From Epiperipatus broadwayi (Eukaryota > Animalia > Onychophora): DNA of 64,000 nt. The stretch is from contig JAQFVV010000011.1 of assembly GCA_028023455.1 (NCBI GenBank), positions 2,232,001 through 2,296,000 of the forward strand, given 5' to 3'. Each line of letters begins with the position of its first letter. The stretch's first letter is position 1. Below, piece after piece: positions 1 to 13,105 of the stretch. Under the pieces are notes generated by a model. It made no database searches and was not told where the DNA came from. It was given only the letters and a program-made list of their open reading frames with translations. The position numbers and the translations under genes are program-made.

Positions 1-175
1 TTTGCTAAAAAGTGTTCAAAGTAGAATAGATAAATTGCATTTAAATTAAGATGTCATTGACTTTTTAATTTGAGTAATAATGCTTTCTCTCATATCATTT
101 CATAGTAATCATATAACATAAATGAACATTATTTTACATATAGAGCTTGCAAAATAAGCTCTTAACAAGCTTTGA

Positions 176-238
176 GGATATTCTCAACCCCAGATCGGTT
201 TCTGCTACTAGCATCATCAGTGAGGTGCCAGGATATTC
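176..238 (-). ncRNA. Type I hammerhead ribozyme motif B1
   Basis: Minus strand reads acctca CTGATGA tgct-agt-agca GAA ACCGAT C tggggt. Core and stem II are intact and stem III has one change from ACCGGT. Predicted cleavage is between 193 and 192. Confidence 0.75.
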
Positions 239-549
239 AAGCATTAGATTAAAAATACCAGGACAAGCCCAGCACTTTATCTAATGTATAACTATTAAGT
301 AGAAAATCTGAAATTTTCAGACATCCATATATCTTTCAATCTAGTTAACTTAAATAGCCATATGGGACTGAACTAAGTTCAGATACACCATATATTAATA
401 GCTTTAGCAATATAAAATCACCAAAGCCTTCATAGCAAAAAATAAAATTACAAAAAAATAAAGTCAGATGTCACATGACCTAATTTAATAAGCTTGTGTT
501 TACAGATGTTATATATAGAGCTCACAAAATAGCTCTTAACAAGCTTTGA

Positions 550-612
550 GAATATCCTCAACCCCAGACCAGTTTCTATCACTGGCATCATCAGTGAGGT
601 GCCAGGATATTC
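550..612 (-). ncRNA. Type I hammerhead ribozyme motif B2
   Basis: Minus strand reads gaatatcc-tggc-acctca CTGATGA tgccagtgata GAA ACTGGT C tggggt-tga-ggatattc. It has a GUC triplet and an extended stem I with an 8-bp distal helix, but stem II is imperfect. Confidence 0.8.
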
Positions 613-1659
613 AAGCATTAGATTAAAAATACCATTATTACAAATTAATTGATATATATATACCTTTGCTAACAATATATATATATTCAATTTCTAAAAA
701 TGACAATGAGCCTGTGGTAATTATTTATAATTAAAAACAATATTAAATAATTGTGTTCTATTTTCTCTCTCTCTTTTAAAGTGAAACAATAGAAGTATCT
801 TTAGGATAAGATAATGCAATTTCATAAGTTAAATATTATATTCCAAATCTAAACAAGTTGGTGTATCATTAAAAGCATGTATCTGAATTCTTGTATCAGT
901 AATTATAAGTTGATCAAAATATGCCTTTTATCTATTAAAAATATCAATAGCATATTAAAGTATATCTTTCGCTGAATTGTAATATCATTTTTAGATCAAT
1001 AGTTATTTTTATATGTTTGTAAAATACCAAAATTAATAAATACTGTATTTTTTTTATTTATTTATTATTATTATCATCATCATCATCACAATGCTTTTGA
1101 ATGCTCCACCAAATATAAACTTTTTCCTCTCTGATTTTTCCTATTTTGGAATCCATATTCAATAAGACATATAAGTAAAATGCTATTAGTTTTGATTTTT
1201 TTTTCTAAATTCTGTCAACTAAAAAATGATTGTAATATATCTCTTTTGGCTAAAGAAGAGCTAGAGATATGAAATTTTTATACAAAGTCATTATCAAAAA
1301 TAATATTTCTTATAACATGCTTTCAAAACTTCATTTTAACCCTTGTCAGTATGAAACTCATGCATATAATCATTTCTTAATTGAAACTCGTAGGTGTGAT
1401 AGTTTGAAATTTCCCCCTTTTTTATCTACTCTATTTACAATTTAGATTTTGTAGATGAAAACCTTTTTCATCTCAATATTAATAAATTTTCAAAGGTTTT
1501 AAAAAAATATGCATAATATCTTATTAATGATTTTTCCCCTATCTTATCTTGAATCTTCTGTTATATTATATATATTTTCATGTGCAATCTGTAATTGGCC
1601 TTTGGTTGTAGATATGTAAGTTACATAAAGATTTGAATTATTATTAAGAATATTATTAC

Positions 1660-1965
1660 TGTTTTTGTTGATATTATTATTATTACTTGCAGTTTTAATC
1701 CAGTAATCATTCTTCTTCCTAATCATTGATATTAAATCCATTTATTGTTCGTATAACTCTATACTCATTTGATTATTCAATCAATCAGAGAGTATTATAG
1801 ACTTCTTTCTAATCAAGGAAATAAATAATATAATCATTGCCAAACACCAATTATGCCTTTCCTTTTTACTGGATCCAAGAACAAATTTACTCTTATCTAC
1901 AACATACTTCTTAAATGAATTCCTAGTCTCAATAACATTATATAGAATTTGGAGTTTAGCATGAG
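1660..1965 (-). repeat. Unclassified interspersed repeat (family G), second copy at ~6245-6410 (+)
   Basis: Reverse-complement match including GTAAATTTGTTCTTGGATCCAGTAAAAA and GGAAGAAGAATGATTACTGGATTAAAACTGCAA. The second copy has an internal deletion. Confidence 0.65.
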
Positions 1966-1989
1966 AAAAAATTAAACCATCAAATATCT

Positions 1990-2155
1990 TATGATCACCA
2001 TTCTTTATGCTTAAACAAGCTGTCTTCACCAAGGCAAAACTCTCCATACAGTAGCGCCACTCAATGCAAGCCAGAGTAATCAATGGATGCATTCATTGAT
2101 TACTCTGGAATGCACTAAATGGTACTGCTGCATGGAGAGTTTTGCCTCTATGAGA
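1990..2155. mobile_element. Family C fragment, fold-back (inverted) insertion
   Basis: GGCAAAACTCTCCATACAGTAG ... CTGCTGCATGGAGAGTTTTGCC palindrome, matching copies at 9627, 32095, 42100, 50066 and 56810. Confidence 0.75.
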
Positions 2156-2679
2156 AAAAATTGTAATTAAAATCAAATATAATTTTTTTGCTATCAATGT
2201 GTCTTCAATATACAACATACTACTAGTATAAGGCTAACCCAAAATCTGTACATGTAAGTGTTTATGTAATAATAAGTTCTTTTGCAATCTGATCACTAAT
2301 TGTAATATAATCCATAAGATGTCAATATTATGAGTGGATGCATCCAAGGTCTTAAATAGAAATCATTTTTCTTAAACAAAATGTTATGGTAGTCAATCTA
2401 TATGCTGTGAAAAATTCAGCAACAATAAATCATATCAGTTTACAAAACTAAAATAATTATTCCTAATATTGTGGGAATTAACATATGCATTAAAGTAACC
2501 AAAAAAAAAAGATTTGGGGGTTGTTGTTTTTTTGGTATTGATCCAAAAATACTGTCAAACAAATGATTCTCAAAGCTTTATTTCTTTGAACTTTCAGAAT
2601 CTAAAATTAATACATTAATTCATAATCACTGTTAGAAATAGTGTAAGTTCCATGATGCAAAATATTTTAATATATCAGT

Positions 2680-3110
2680 ATATATAAAAACCTTTTACTC
2701 AATGATGTTTCCTTAAAAAAAGAACACTATCTATGTCCAATAAAATTCATTTTTATACAATATAAAATCAGCAGTTGTTGTATATTCAAGACTTGAACAG
2801 TCCACATTATCATTGATTTATAGATACAATCAAAGCTCTTTTTATCGTTTAAATGAAAAAATCCACTAGACACAATGATTATAATCCAAGGCAATTTAGA
2901 TCACCTGTACTAAGATCTTTCACATTTGTGATAATGGGGAGAAAAGATAACTCTAAACGAGACCGTTCAAACACATAGTCAGTTACAATGTAAAATTATT
3001 GTCTCAACTTCAGTCTCTAAGTTACTCTTTATTGATAGTTTTAATCCATGCAAGATTACAATTAAAGTCTCTCTATCAAACATGATCTCATACTGCATTC
3101 TTATAGATAG
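2680..3110 (-). pseudogene. Possible highly decayed LINE endonuclease fragment
   Basis: The minus strand contains a GDLN-like stretch (ACA GGT GAT CTA AAT) resembling the APE GDFN motif. There is no continuous ORF. Confidence 0.25.
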
Positions 3111-3189
3111 ATATGCCTTATATCAAATTAGTGATATAAAAAAGATGAAAAAAGCAATAAGTAGGGAAAAGTAATTCTGAGAGGAGACA

Positions 3190-3490
3190 AACAGGCTCAG
3201 TTGGTTAGAGCATTACCTTGTAATTCAATACTCAAAAATCTAAGGGTCCAAGTTCGAATACCATGCTAGTACTGTCACTGGTCAGTTCAGCAAAACCTGA
3301 AGAAGAGTGGAGAATAATACCTCTCGATAACATTGTGCATATTCTTATCTGTTTGATGTGCTATTATTAATAGTTGAATGTATTAAAATAAAGTTAAATT
3401 TTTCTAAAGACATTCAATACTCATATTAGATGATGGAAACAGTCCAATATATAAATACAACTAGAACACCATCATCATAAACCTTCAGGA
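3190..3490 (+). mobile_element. Family E: tRNA-headed SINE carrying a decayed PLE-type hammerhead
   Basis: A-box-like GGCTCAGTTGGTTAGAGC (3194-3211) and B-box-like GTTCGAATACC, then CTGAAGA (3297-3303) a-gagtgg...cctctc GATAA CATT GTG. Homologous to 8030-8320, 24085-24320 and 24325-24620. Confidence 0.7.
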
Positions 3491-4175
3491 AAACCCCGTA
3501 TGTTTTTAGCTATAATGAGTGAATATCATATCCTACATGATGTAGAAAATATTCTTGTTCTGACATTACTTATTCACTAATAGTTCTCATACACAAAACT
3601 TATTCTGTCAACTATGAACCTGTCAATAACGTGTGTTCAACATCTGACATATATCTATTTACCTATTAATTTGAATGAAATCAAGATTTACATCACGTAA
3701 CTTATTTAGCTTGTATTTTAACTATATTATTATAAATGTATTATAAAATTGTATTACAAAAAGATTAATATTATAAGATGCCATCATCATTGATTCCTGG
3801 TGATCATACAAACAGTAGAAAAAAAAATATTATAAAATGTTGAACCCCCCCCCCCACCATATATTTTACTCAATTAAATAATTAATGTAGTTTTTTTCTT
3901 TCATGCTCAACATATGTGATTACGTCCAAAAAATGTTATTCGTTTCATTTTTTGCAAGTTATTTTTTAAAAAAACTTTTTTTCTTTCAATTCCCCCCCAA
4001 AAAAACTTATAAAAAGTAGTTAAATGTATATATGATAATAATAATAAAAAGTGAGAGAGGGAGTGAATATATGCAAAATAATCCATATGACGTCAATGAC
4101 AAACATAAAATGAGCAGGTTAATGTTACACATAGAATGATAATGAAGTACTATACATATAAATGTTGCTAAAAAA

Positions 4176-4280
4176 GCATTGGTGGTCGAGAGGTCAGCAC
4201 AGCTACCTTACAAGCAGTTGTCCTGGGTTAGCGGGTTCGCTTCCCGGCCGATGCTATGACACATGAAAAAAAAAAAAAAA
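4176..4280 (+). mobile_element. tRNA-Gly-derived short SINE
   Basis: GCATTGGTGGTCGAGAGGTCAGCAC...GGTTCGCTTCCCGGCCGATGC followed by TATGACACATG and poly(A). Same family as 26876, 31323 and 41209. Confidence 0.8.
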
Positions 4281-4419
4281 TTATCGAGATCTTAAGATAG
4301 TATTTGTTATTTTCAACCATTAGCAATCAATCTGTTGCATAGTGAAGTCTCTCATTATTTTATCTAAATTCTTTGGATCTACTTACAGTTTTTCTATTCA
4401 ATATTAATACTTCACCAAC

Positions 4420-7400
4420 ATTTTAGACTTTTTGCAGCCTCTTGAAGATGCAGTTAAGATTTTTATTGTTCATTTTTTAAATATCTTTTCTAGGAACATG
4501 CATAGCTGAATTTCATTTTATTCTCTTAATTCTTTCAGTAAAGACGATGATATCTATTTTTATTAATCATTTCTATTATATTTCTATTCATACTTCATTA
4601 AAATCAAACAAAAGTCTCCATATTGCTATTACATTAATGTTCAAGTCTCAGATTATAAGTAAGTATTGATGAAACACTATCTTTTAAAAAACATATTTTT
4701 CAGGAACATAAGCATATTTATTTTAATATTACATTTTTTATATCAAAAGCACTCCTTCAAGGTACTTATAGCTGTTGACTTTTCTCATTGGTGTTTTGCA
4801 GTGTTTTTATTTATGTGTTTTAAGAATGTGTGGTTGTGTGGAGGTAATTAAGAACATCTATAATAGACATTACACATGGAAAAAGAAAAATGAAGTTGAA
4901 TTACTCTATATGTGTGTTTAATTAATAAGAAAAAGAACGAATATATTAATCTTTAACTGCAGTTTAAAGTTGATATTGGTGGTAGAGATAATCTTTAGTT
5001 TAATAAATGATTAGGGCTAATCATTACTGTATTTATCTAGAGCAGACTGCATCAAAGTTGTGGGTGGAATAAATTTGAGACTTGTAAATCAAAATATGAT
5101 TTATTGTACAGAACTTTATTTTCTTCCTTTTTGCAACACCATAGAATATTACATTACTTTATAAGTATTATCTTTAGTTCTATTTTATTTCTTTTATCTA
5201 ATAACTTTATTTGCAAATACAATCACATAATTTTATAAAGTCCATAAAAATACATGTGTAAAATTTTTGCAAAAAGTTTTGCAGATATGGAATCATAATT
5301 GTTTTCAAAATGGACAATATTTTAGTTCTATATCTTGATATTACAAAGCTTTAATCACTGCCAAGAAGCTTCTATAATCAAATATCTTTTTATTAATATA
5401 CAAATCCAAAGCATAATAGTAACTCATACTCATTGGTTAATATTTCTACTGTGCTGTAATTACTTTTAAATTCAATTTGTCTTTTCGGATTGGTTAGGTT
5501 CAAAAGTTCTCTGCAAAGAAATCATGATCTTAATAAATATTTTGTATAGAATTGATAGTAAAATGATGCATATACAATTTCTATTATATTCTTTTATATA
5601 CATCTATAATTTCTAATGTCATCTTTTTGCTTTTTACAAATATCAAATCGTTACTGCGTTTTTTAAATTCTATATCTTTATTATTATAACGTTTGGTAAA
5701 TAGCTCTTCCAATAATTTTTCTATTTCTCCAGTTCTTTCTTTTAAAACATCTATAATAATAAATAATATTTCTATAGTGTAATTTTGACTATACCACTCT
5801 CAAACAAGGAGGAATTGATTTCTATCCACTTTTAATACCTCATGGAGGAAGTAGTCATAAACATACTACCAAATACATAGGAATCTGTATGATCTCCAAG
5901 ACGCACATTTCATCATAAACCAGTACTCATCAATTGGTCCAGATCACATTTTCTTAAACATAGCTATATTATTGTTCAGTATATACAGATAAGGAATTAC
6001 TACAGTTTAATAAATAAGTGTCAAACTTTCTGCCCTCACAACTTTGACATGGACAACTAGATGGAAGTATATTAATAATTTTTATTAGTCATTCGTTAGA
6101 GGAGAGATTATCCATTTAATAATATCTCCTCTAATGAATGATCAATATAAATTATTAATCCATAATATTACTTCCATTTTCTAAAGTTTTTCTGTTTTTC
6201 ATAGATTTAATTTTGTGTCTCCCCTCTTTGTTCAAAAGTCTTTATCATGCTAAACTTCAAATTCTAGATTATGTTATTGAGGCATGGAATTCATTTAAAA
6301 AGTGTGTGGTAGGTAAGAGTAAATTTGTTCTTGGATCCAGTAAAAATGAAAGCCATAACCAATGACTAGGAAGAAGAATGATTACTGGATTAAAACTGCA
6401 ACAACAATATATTTTTAGTAACAACATCATTTCATCTATCCTTTCAATGCTATGATTTGTTTTATGCTTCTGAGGATTTTGTTCTCATCCGCAGAGTTTT
6501 TATAATACTTCATGATTATATTTTTTTTTATCATTATTAATTCTTACATTTTACTGAATTCCAGATATTCTATTCTTATAAATATATCTTTAAATATTTT
6601 TACATTCTTTATTTTCTTCATGCATTGCTTTTCACTGAAGAATTGCTATTTTTTTTTTTTTGTACCAACTATCTCTACTCATCTTTTATAGAATTCGGAA
6701 ACCTCTCTAAAATCTGTTAATATTTTTAAATGATTTGCAAATGCTGACTTGAATTTATTGAAATATTTCTGAAGATTTAGTATAACAATTCTCAATACTT
6801 TTTTAAAATGGATTTTGACTTTTTAGTTTTAAATTATTGTGCACTTTATATCTCACTAATTGATGATCATTTCCTCTATTGAATCTACTAAGCACATTAC
6901 TGACAAAATATAACCTTACTCAGCTATACCAAGTCTATTACTTTTAAAGATGAAATTCATAATTTACTGCATCCAATCACATTTTCATTTTATAACTAAA
7001 TTTATTCCCAATACATTCATCTTTCAATTATTTTCCTATATTATAACAACCTTCAATGCCAAACTGAAAATATTGTTCAGACTAATCAAAACATTCTGCA
7101 CAGATAAATAAAATCTTTTTTGATTTGGTATCTTCAATTAAGATGAATAACTAATTTATTATTCTATTTGATCTACCATCAAATCTCCACAATGTTGTTT
7201 TTTGAACTTGTATTTATAATGAATCCTAATTCACTGTGCTTCCAATATTTGTATCATTATAGTAAAATACATACCAGTTTTCATAATCGTTTCTTCACTT
7301 TTTATTTTAATTTTATAAAATTTTATAAAGCCACATTTAGTATTAGATAGTTTCTCTCCAATTCTTGTAGTCTTCCATTTGAAATTGATTTATAGTTGTA

Positions 7401-7420
7401 GATAGTTCAATAAAAGGTCA
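4420..7420 (-). pseudogene. Decayed RTE LINE copy interrupted by later insertions
   Basis: Reverse complement aligns by eye to the intact RTE at several anchors: AACATTGTGGAGATT (~7165), GATTCCATATCTGCAAAACTTTT (~5280) and CTTACTTATAATCTGAGACTTGAAC (~4650). Confidence 0.75.
5762..6158 (-). mobile_element. Family A1 retrozyme-like copy with short inverted arm, HHR decayed (TTGATGA)
   Basis: Matches 43882-44333 in reverse complement. The HHR remnant at ~5890-5945 reads gatctggaccaa TTGATGA gtactggtttatgat GAAATGTGCGTC ttggagatc. Confidence 0.75.
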
Positions 7421-8029
7421 TCACTCAATTACACCCAATGATCATCCATAATCAAGGAAAAATTTTAGCACACACCCCCTCCAGAAAATACAGATCAAAA
7501 TTAATTTTGTCAGTTATGATCATAACTTTGAAAAATAGATTCAACATTCACATATATATATTATTGTTAAAAGGAGGTTGTCTTGACAACTGTTTGAAAA
7601 TTTTGATTGTTATTAATATTTGGATTGTTTAAGTGTTGACTGGTTTTTAATGAGATATATATTGGTATTCGTTCTTCCTGACTTTAATTAAGTCAAGTCA
7701 GTGACTCATTTAAGAACCATCAGATATCTGAGAAGAAAGACTATGGTGTTATTTTAATCTTAAATTTATAGGTTAAATGCAGTGTCTGATGGGTGTTGTT
7801 AAGCAACCATCCATATTCATTTACTGGGTGACTAATCCCATTTTAATAATAGTTGTTATCACAAGAATGTATGATATGGATATTGAAATTTGATTATTCG
7901 CTTCCTTTAGGATAAAAAAAAAAGAATTCTTTTATCAGTTAGTGACAAACTCCTTTCTGAATTAAACTAGGTCTTAATTGGTCTAACCTTGATGGAAAAT
8001 AATATGAATAAGTTGTAAATAAAAATGAT

Positions 8030-8320
8030 CGTTTATAGTAATAGTAATCATACATTTGACTACTGTCATTATCTAATATTAAATATGAAATGTGTAAACA
8101 AATTCAGATTTTATTAAAACTTTTCAAATACATTCAACTGTTAGTAATATCACACAGGTTAATACATAACATTTCAAACAATATTATTATTCTCTCATTT
8201 TTAGGAGTTGTTGGTCTGACCAGTGACTGTATTAGCATGTGATTCAAACCTATATTTAGATTCATAAATATTAAATTTAGGGTGATGCTTTAACCAACCA
8301 GACTACTCTGCCAAAGGCAA
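8030..8320 (-). mobile_element. Family E copy (tRNA head plus very decayed HHR)
   Basis: Minus strand reads TAGTCTGGTGGTTAAAGC ... GGTTTGAATCACATGCTAATACAGTCACTGGTCAGACC, colinear with the 3190 copy. Confidence 0.6.
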
Positions 8321-8469
8321 CAGTTAATAAAAATTTTATATAGTTACCTAGGATGAGTACATAAGAGCAAGGTTAATTAGTACCTTCCAGACAAATCATA
8401 ATATATCATACCATTTACAACTTCCTTAAACATTTTAACAATATTATTTTTTATATGAAAACTTTATTT

Positions 8470-8510
8470 TAACAGTTTCGATTGTCCTTCAGTCATCATC
8501 AGAGCTGCAA
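8470..8510 (-). ncRNA. Hammerhead-like motif (family F type)
   Basis: Minus strand reads gcagct CTGATGA t gactg-aagga-caatc GAAA ctgtt. It shares CAATCGAAACTGT with the 55601-55650 motif, but stem I is not formed. Confidence 0.45.
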
Positions 8511-8520
8511 TATCCAAATA

Positions 8521-8617
<97 letters not shown>

Positions 8618-8640
8618 ATATTATTATTATTATTATAATA
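8521..8640. repeat. (TAT)n microsatellite
   Basis: About 40 near-perfect TAT units. Confidence 0.98.
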
Positions 8641-9626
8641 ATTGATTTTCTTCTTAGGAGTCACATGGAGTTCGAGCACCAGAGCACAGATTTAAACTAT
8701 GATCCATCAGATTTGAATTCTAGAGTGTCACTCTAGAACTACAGTAAACTATGCAGGGCAAAATAATCATACAGTTTGTTTCTTAAGTATTCATATAAAA
8801 TTTGAGCACAGGAAGTTGATAGAATTAAGCCATGACTCATGAACCTTGACTTCCCAAGTAACCGACCATACAATAAATTTACAATAATTTTGATATAGTT
8901 TTACTTCTCAATATTATGTAACAAAAAACACTTATTTATAATTGTTAATAGAGAAGAATGCTAAACAATCTGGACACAACTTCACACCTGCCAATCCCAT
9001 AATATTGTGCTCAGAATCAAACGATCACAAAAAAAAAAAATAAAGGAGGCATTTTATATTAATGGAAACATCCATGCTATTAATAGGAAAGACATTTGCT
9101 TCGAAATCTCGAAGAAATGGGCTACGTAATACTAGCTTATTTGAATATTATTTGCATATATTTTACTATACATTTTATGAAGGCTATGAATATGAGGCAT
9201 GGATCATCGAAAATGTTAAGCCGATAAACTTTAATATTAATTTATATCTTCTTCTCTATTAACAATTATAAATAAGTGTTTTTTTGTTAAATAATTTTGA
9301 TAAAACTTTTCGTGTTTTTTAAAATATAATAATAAATATTATTATTAATCATTGAAGTTAGAGCACTGGAATTAAGCTAATTGAACTGCGATTTAAGGGC
9401 TTTGCATTCTAGAATCTGGTATTTTACTGCTTTCTAAACCATATAGGACTTTATAAATTATTAATGTTTATTAATTCATAAGTGTAATTAATCTATAATT
9501 AATTACTGAAAGTTTACTAACAATTAATTGGATGAAAAAAAGGACGGGACTTCTTTAGTTGACTCACACTTTAAATTACGTAAAATGAGACAATTTATAC
9601 TATATTTTGGTAATAAACCATTAAGC

Positions 9627-9720
9627 ATCACATGATCACATCTCCTATACTAGCACATTACTTGTTGATAAACAGAGCAAAAAGTTGACAATACTGTATG
9701 GAGAGTTTTGCTCTGTTTAT
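9627..9720. mobile_element. Family C short fold-back fragment
   Basis: Starts CATCACATGATCAC, and ATAAACAGAGCAAAA / TTTTGCTCTGTTTAT are inverted. Confidence 0.6.
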
Positions 9721-11356
9721 ATTTTGGTAAGAGGGTATGTTTAAATTGTCTGCTCTACATTTTCTTCAGCTTATTTATTTTCTAATATGAAAATAAATTA
9801 TTTTTATTTAAATAAGTAAAGTAATAGGTAGGCAGATAAATGTTTCCTCTCTTTAGAAATCAACAACCAACCATATTATTTACATTGGTCGACTGCACTT
9901 ATGAGAATAAATTTCAGCATAAAAATTTAAGAATTTTTTTATATTCATTCCAAGGTTTCATTTTTATTAAATATATTAACCGTTTTCCATATTGTACAGG
10001 GAATAACATTAATCTAAATTGACATCTGGTTGCCTTAAAGAATTTTTTTTTACTGTAAGTTTTTAACAAATGGGTGATCCTACTACTCAAAGCATAGTGA
10101 GTTTTTAAAAAAATCTATTTCGAATTTAAAATAGCTAACATTATTTTTAATTGCTGACACTATTTACTACTATTGCTGTTATACTTTAAAAATGTAATTG
10201 ATATTTTATTTATATGATTAAATACTAGTTATTTCCGCTTTACTTTAGTGCCATCTACTGTAAGCCTGAGTAATCATTACACACCAGATAATATAGTACT
10301 ATAAAATCGGATATTCTAGAGTAATTAGTTTTTGGTTCTTCCTTAATTAATAAAAGCTAAGATTCAAGCTGAAATTTATGGATCGTGTAGTCTTTTTGTT
10401 CCTTTATACTATTCAAGTTAATAACATGGAATTTAAACTTGAGCTAAGCATGAGGGGTCATTTGATATTGTTAATAGTATTTATATAATCAAGTAATGTT
10501 TGAATGTTCAAAATAGCAAACTGACAGCATTAATCCGAGCAATAGCAAGAGTATAAAAAAGTTTTTTTTCTTTTTCTACTTTCCACAGCTTCGAATTTAT
10601 CAACACTTATAGCATTTGCACCAGCCATTCTTATTATTATTATAAGCTGCTTGGGATTGACAGGGAACTTTTATATCAATGAGTTTGACAAGCAGTGATC
10701 TAAACAATCTTAAAAAAATACTGAATAATATTGCAATCTAACAAGAATATGCAGCTAAGTGCATTTAAATTAACTAAATTTCATACACCCGTTTTTTCCT
10801 GCTGGTAAATATTATTTTATTGTTTTATAACAAATATTGGATAATACTGTAATTTATTTAAAAAATTAAGTGATTGGTTAGTTGCTCAGAATTGAGTACC
10901 AGAGTTTGAGTTTCTATTCAGGAATGTTTAGCTCTCAAAGTTCATTATTCTACTACTGTACTAATCTGTTCTGGGCATTGCAATTTATCACTGATAATGA
11001 CCAGTACCTTTATTAATGCTTGACCACTAGCACCAAAGCCTTGAATGGTTTGGTGCTGTGGTAAAGGGGCATACACCAAAGATCAATGTCCATGAATGGC
11101 AACCTAGTTCTATCACTTCTGGTTCCCAAATCTCTTATGAATTTCTGAGCAATAAACCATTGGATTATTTATTTATGTGGGGCCAAGGTTTAAAAACTTA
11201 TCAAAGTCAGCAAACCTTTCACCCAGTTGACTACTTAACTTTGAGTAAAATGTGTTTATTTAAAAAAAGAGCGTCAGTTAAAAGAAAAAAAAAATTTAAA
11301 CTATTAAAGTAAGTTAGTTTGGTTCCAGTCTTGTGTCAGCAGGGGTAGCGTGGCTT

Positions 11357-11469
11357 ACCATAGTGTCAAAAATAATACCAGAGCACATACTAAAACAATA
11401 CCCTTAGTTTTCTCACCATAGTGTCAAAAATAATACCAGAGCACATACTAAAATAATACCCTTAGTTTT
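11357..11469. repeat. Tandem duplication, 58-bp unit x ~2
   Basis: ACCATAGTGTCAAAAATAATACCAGAGCACATACTAAAA at 11357 and 11415. Confidence 0.95.
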
Positions 11470-12269
11470 ATTTAAAATGCCTCTAAAATATTGATAGTTA
11501 CGAGCTTTTTTTATAAAAAAAAAAACAAAGAAAATTGTTTAAATTAAAAACACTGAAAAACTTTTTCTTAACATTTTAGTGATACTTCTTAAAGAAATTT
11601 CTTTTATGATTTCCTATTTCTTACCATCAAATCAACTATTTTTAAATTCAAAAATTCATTTTTTCCATTAACAAACAATTTTTTAAACACCCTTCAATAA
11701 TCATCATCTAAATATGTTGTATTAATTGTTTTTATTTTTAAAAATATATTTAATCCTTTTTTTTTTTTTTTTTTGATAATTTTTGAAATAAACATCCTCA
11801 CTCATACTCCACTCACAACATTTTCACACATAATTTAATATTTTTTCTTTATAAAAACACTTCAAAAACAACAGCAACAATATACTGAAAAGAATAGAAA
11901 AGCAATGTTCTTCTAATAAAATAATAATAATTTAAATATTATATATATATTTAAAATTTGTTAAATATATACCTATTTTATCAAATATATATATATATAT
12001 GTTTCACTATGAAATACATTAAAAAAACAAACTAGTTTAAATAAAATAAAATTTTGAAAAATAAATAACTTATTACTTATGACGCTATTGTTGATTTTGA
12101 ATATATTTTATATTTGTATCATTATATATATTATAATGCTAATGGAAATGGGGGATTTAATACATGAGAACCTGCCGTTACAATGTCCCACAATTGGGTA
12201 TTCATTTGTAACAATATGGAAATTGAGGTCCCACAAGTTGGGGCACATTTACAATGCTACCATCATTTT

Positions 12270-13071
12270 TAGAGTTGAATCTAGGGTGAAGGTAAATCAT
12301 CATCAACATAAATATATAATTAACTATCAATGTTTAATATAAAATATAAAATAATGAGCATGAGAGATCTTGAGAGACTACTCTGAGAGATCAGCCCAGT
12401 TAACTCACTAGAGTAACTATAAGTAGAATTAACTATAAATTCACTAGCATTATAAATAAGCATTACTCATTCATCATCATGAATGATCAACAATCAAAAT
12501 AAATCAACAGTCAATCTTGTGACTGGATTAGAAATGAGTCAACTGTAGATCAGGATAACTATTTAGCTCTTGCCAGCTTGGAGCAATTATTTAAAGATAA
12601 TTTGGATGCACAAACTAAGTGATAATCCACAGAATATATAACCATAAAAACAATAATGCTGGGAGTTAAAAACACTGGCAAACTATAAATTTAATTTCTA
12701 ATAAAGACTAAACCAAATAAATTGTGCATGGATTTTAAAGAATATACTCTTTGCACCAACCAGGTCATCATCATCACTACATACCTATAAACATTAACCC
12801 TCTTATATAACAGACTGTTATGCACAAATCTATCTTAAAGAACATAAGCTCTATAGCTATTACTGTGATCAAGAGATGATACAACATATACTATTCTAAA
12901 CTATTTGGAATGAAGTTCACTGGAATAATTTTAACAATGGAATATAAGTTTATTAATAACAATAAAGTCTTTAGAATATGGCTATACACATGTAAGTCTT
13001 CTGACTTTGATTAATATACAAAATTCAAGTTATTATATTGTGACTTACATATATGTTCCAATATGAAACAC

Positions 13072-13105
<34 letters not shown>

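Larger units (their letters stand above)
137..634 (-). mobile_element. Family B hammerhead retrozyme-like repeat, ~1.3 tandem units of 374 bp
   Basis: GCATCATCAGTGAGGTGCCAGGATATTCAAGCATTAGATTAAAAATACCA occurs at 211 and 585 (spacing 374). Each unit has an HHR on the minus strand. A homolog lies at 25985-26378. Confidence 0.8.

Noticed and set aside
1781-2092. 103-aa ORF
   Set aside because: It is a chimera across two different repeats (family C and family G).
8464-8736. Poly-Ile and poly-Tyr ORFs
   Set aside because: They are translations of the (TAT)n microsatellite.
11357-11469. CRISPR-like direct repeats (also 44284 and 50423)
   Set aside because: These are adjacent two-copy duplications without spacers, in a eukaryotic context with no cas genes.
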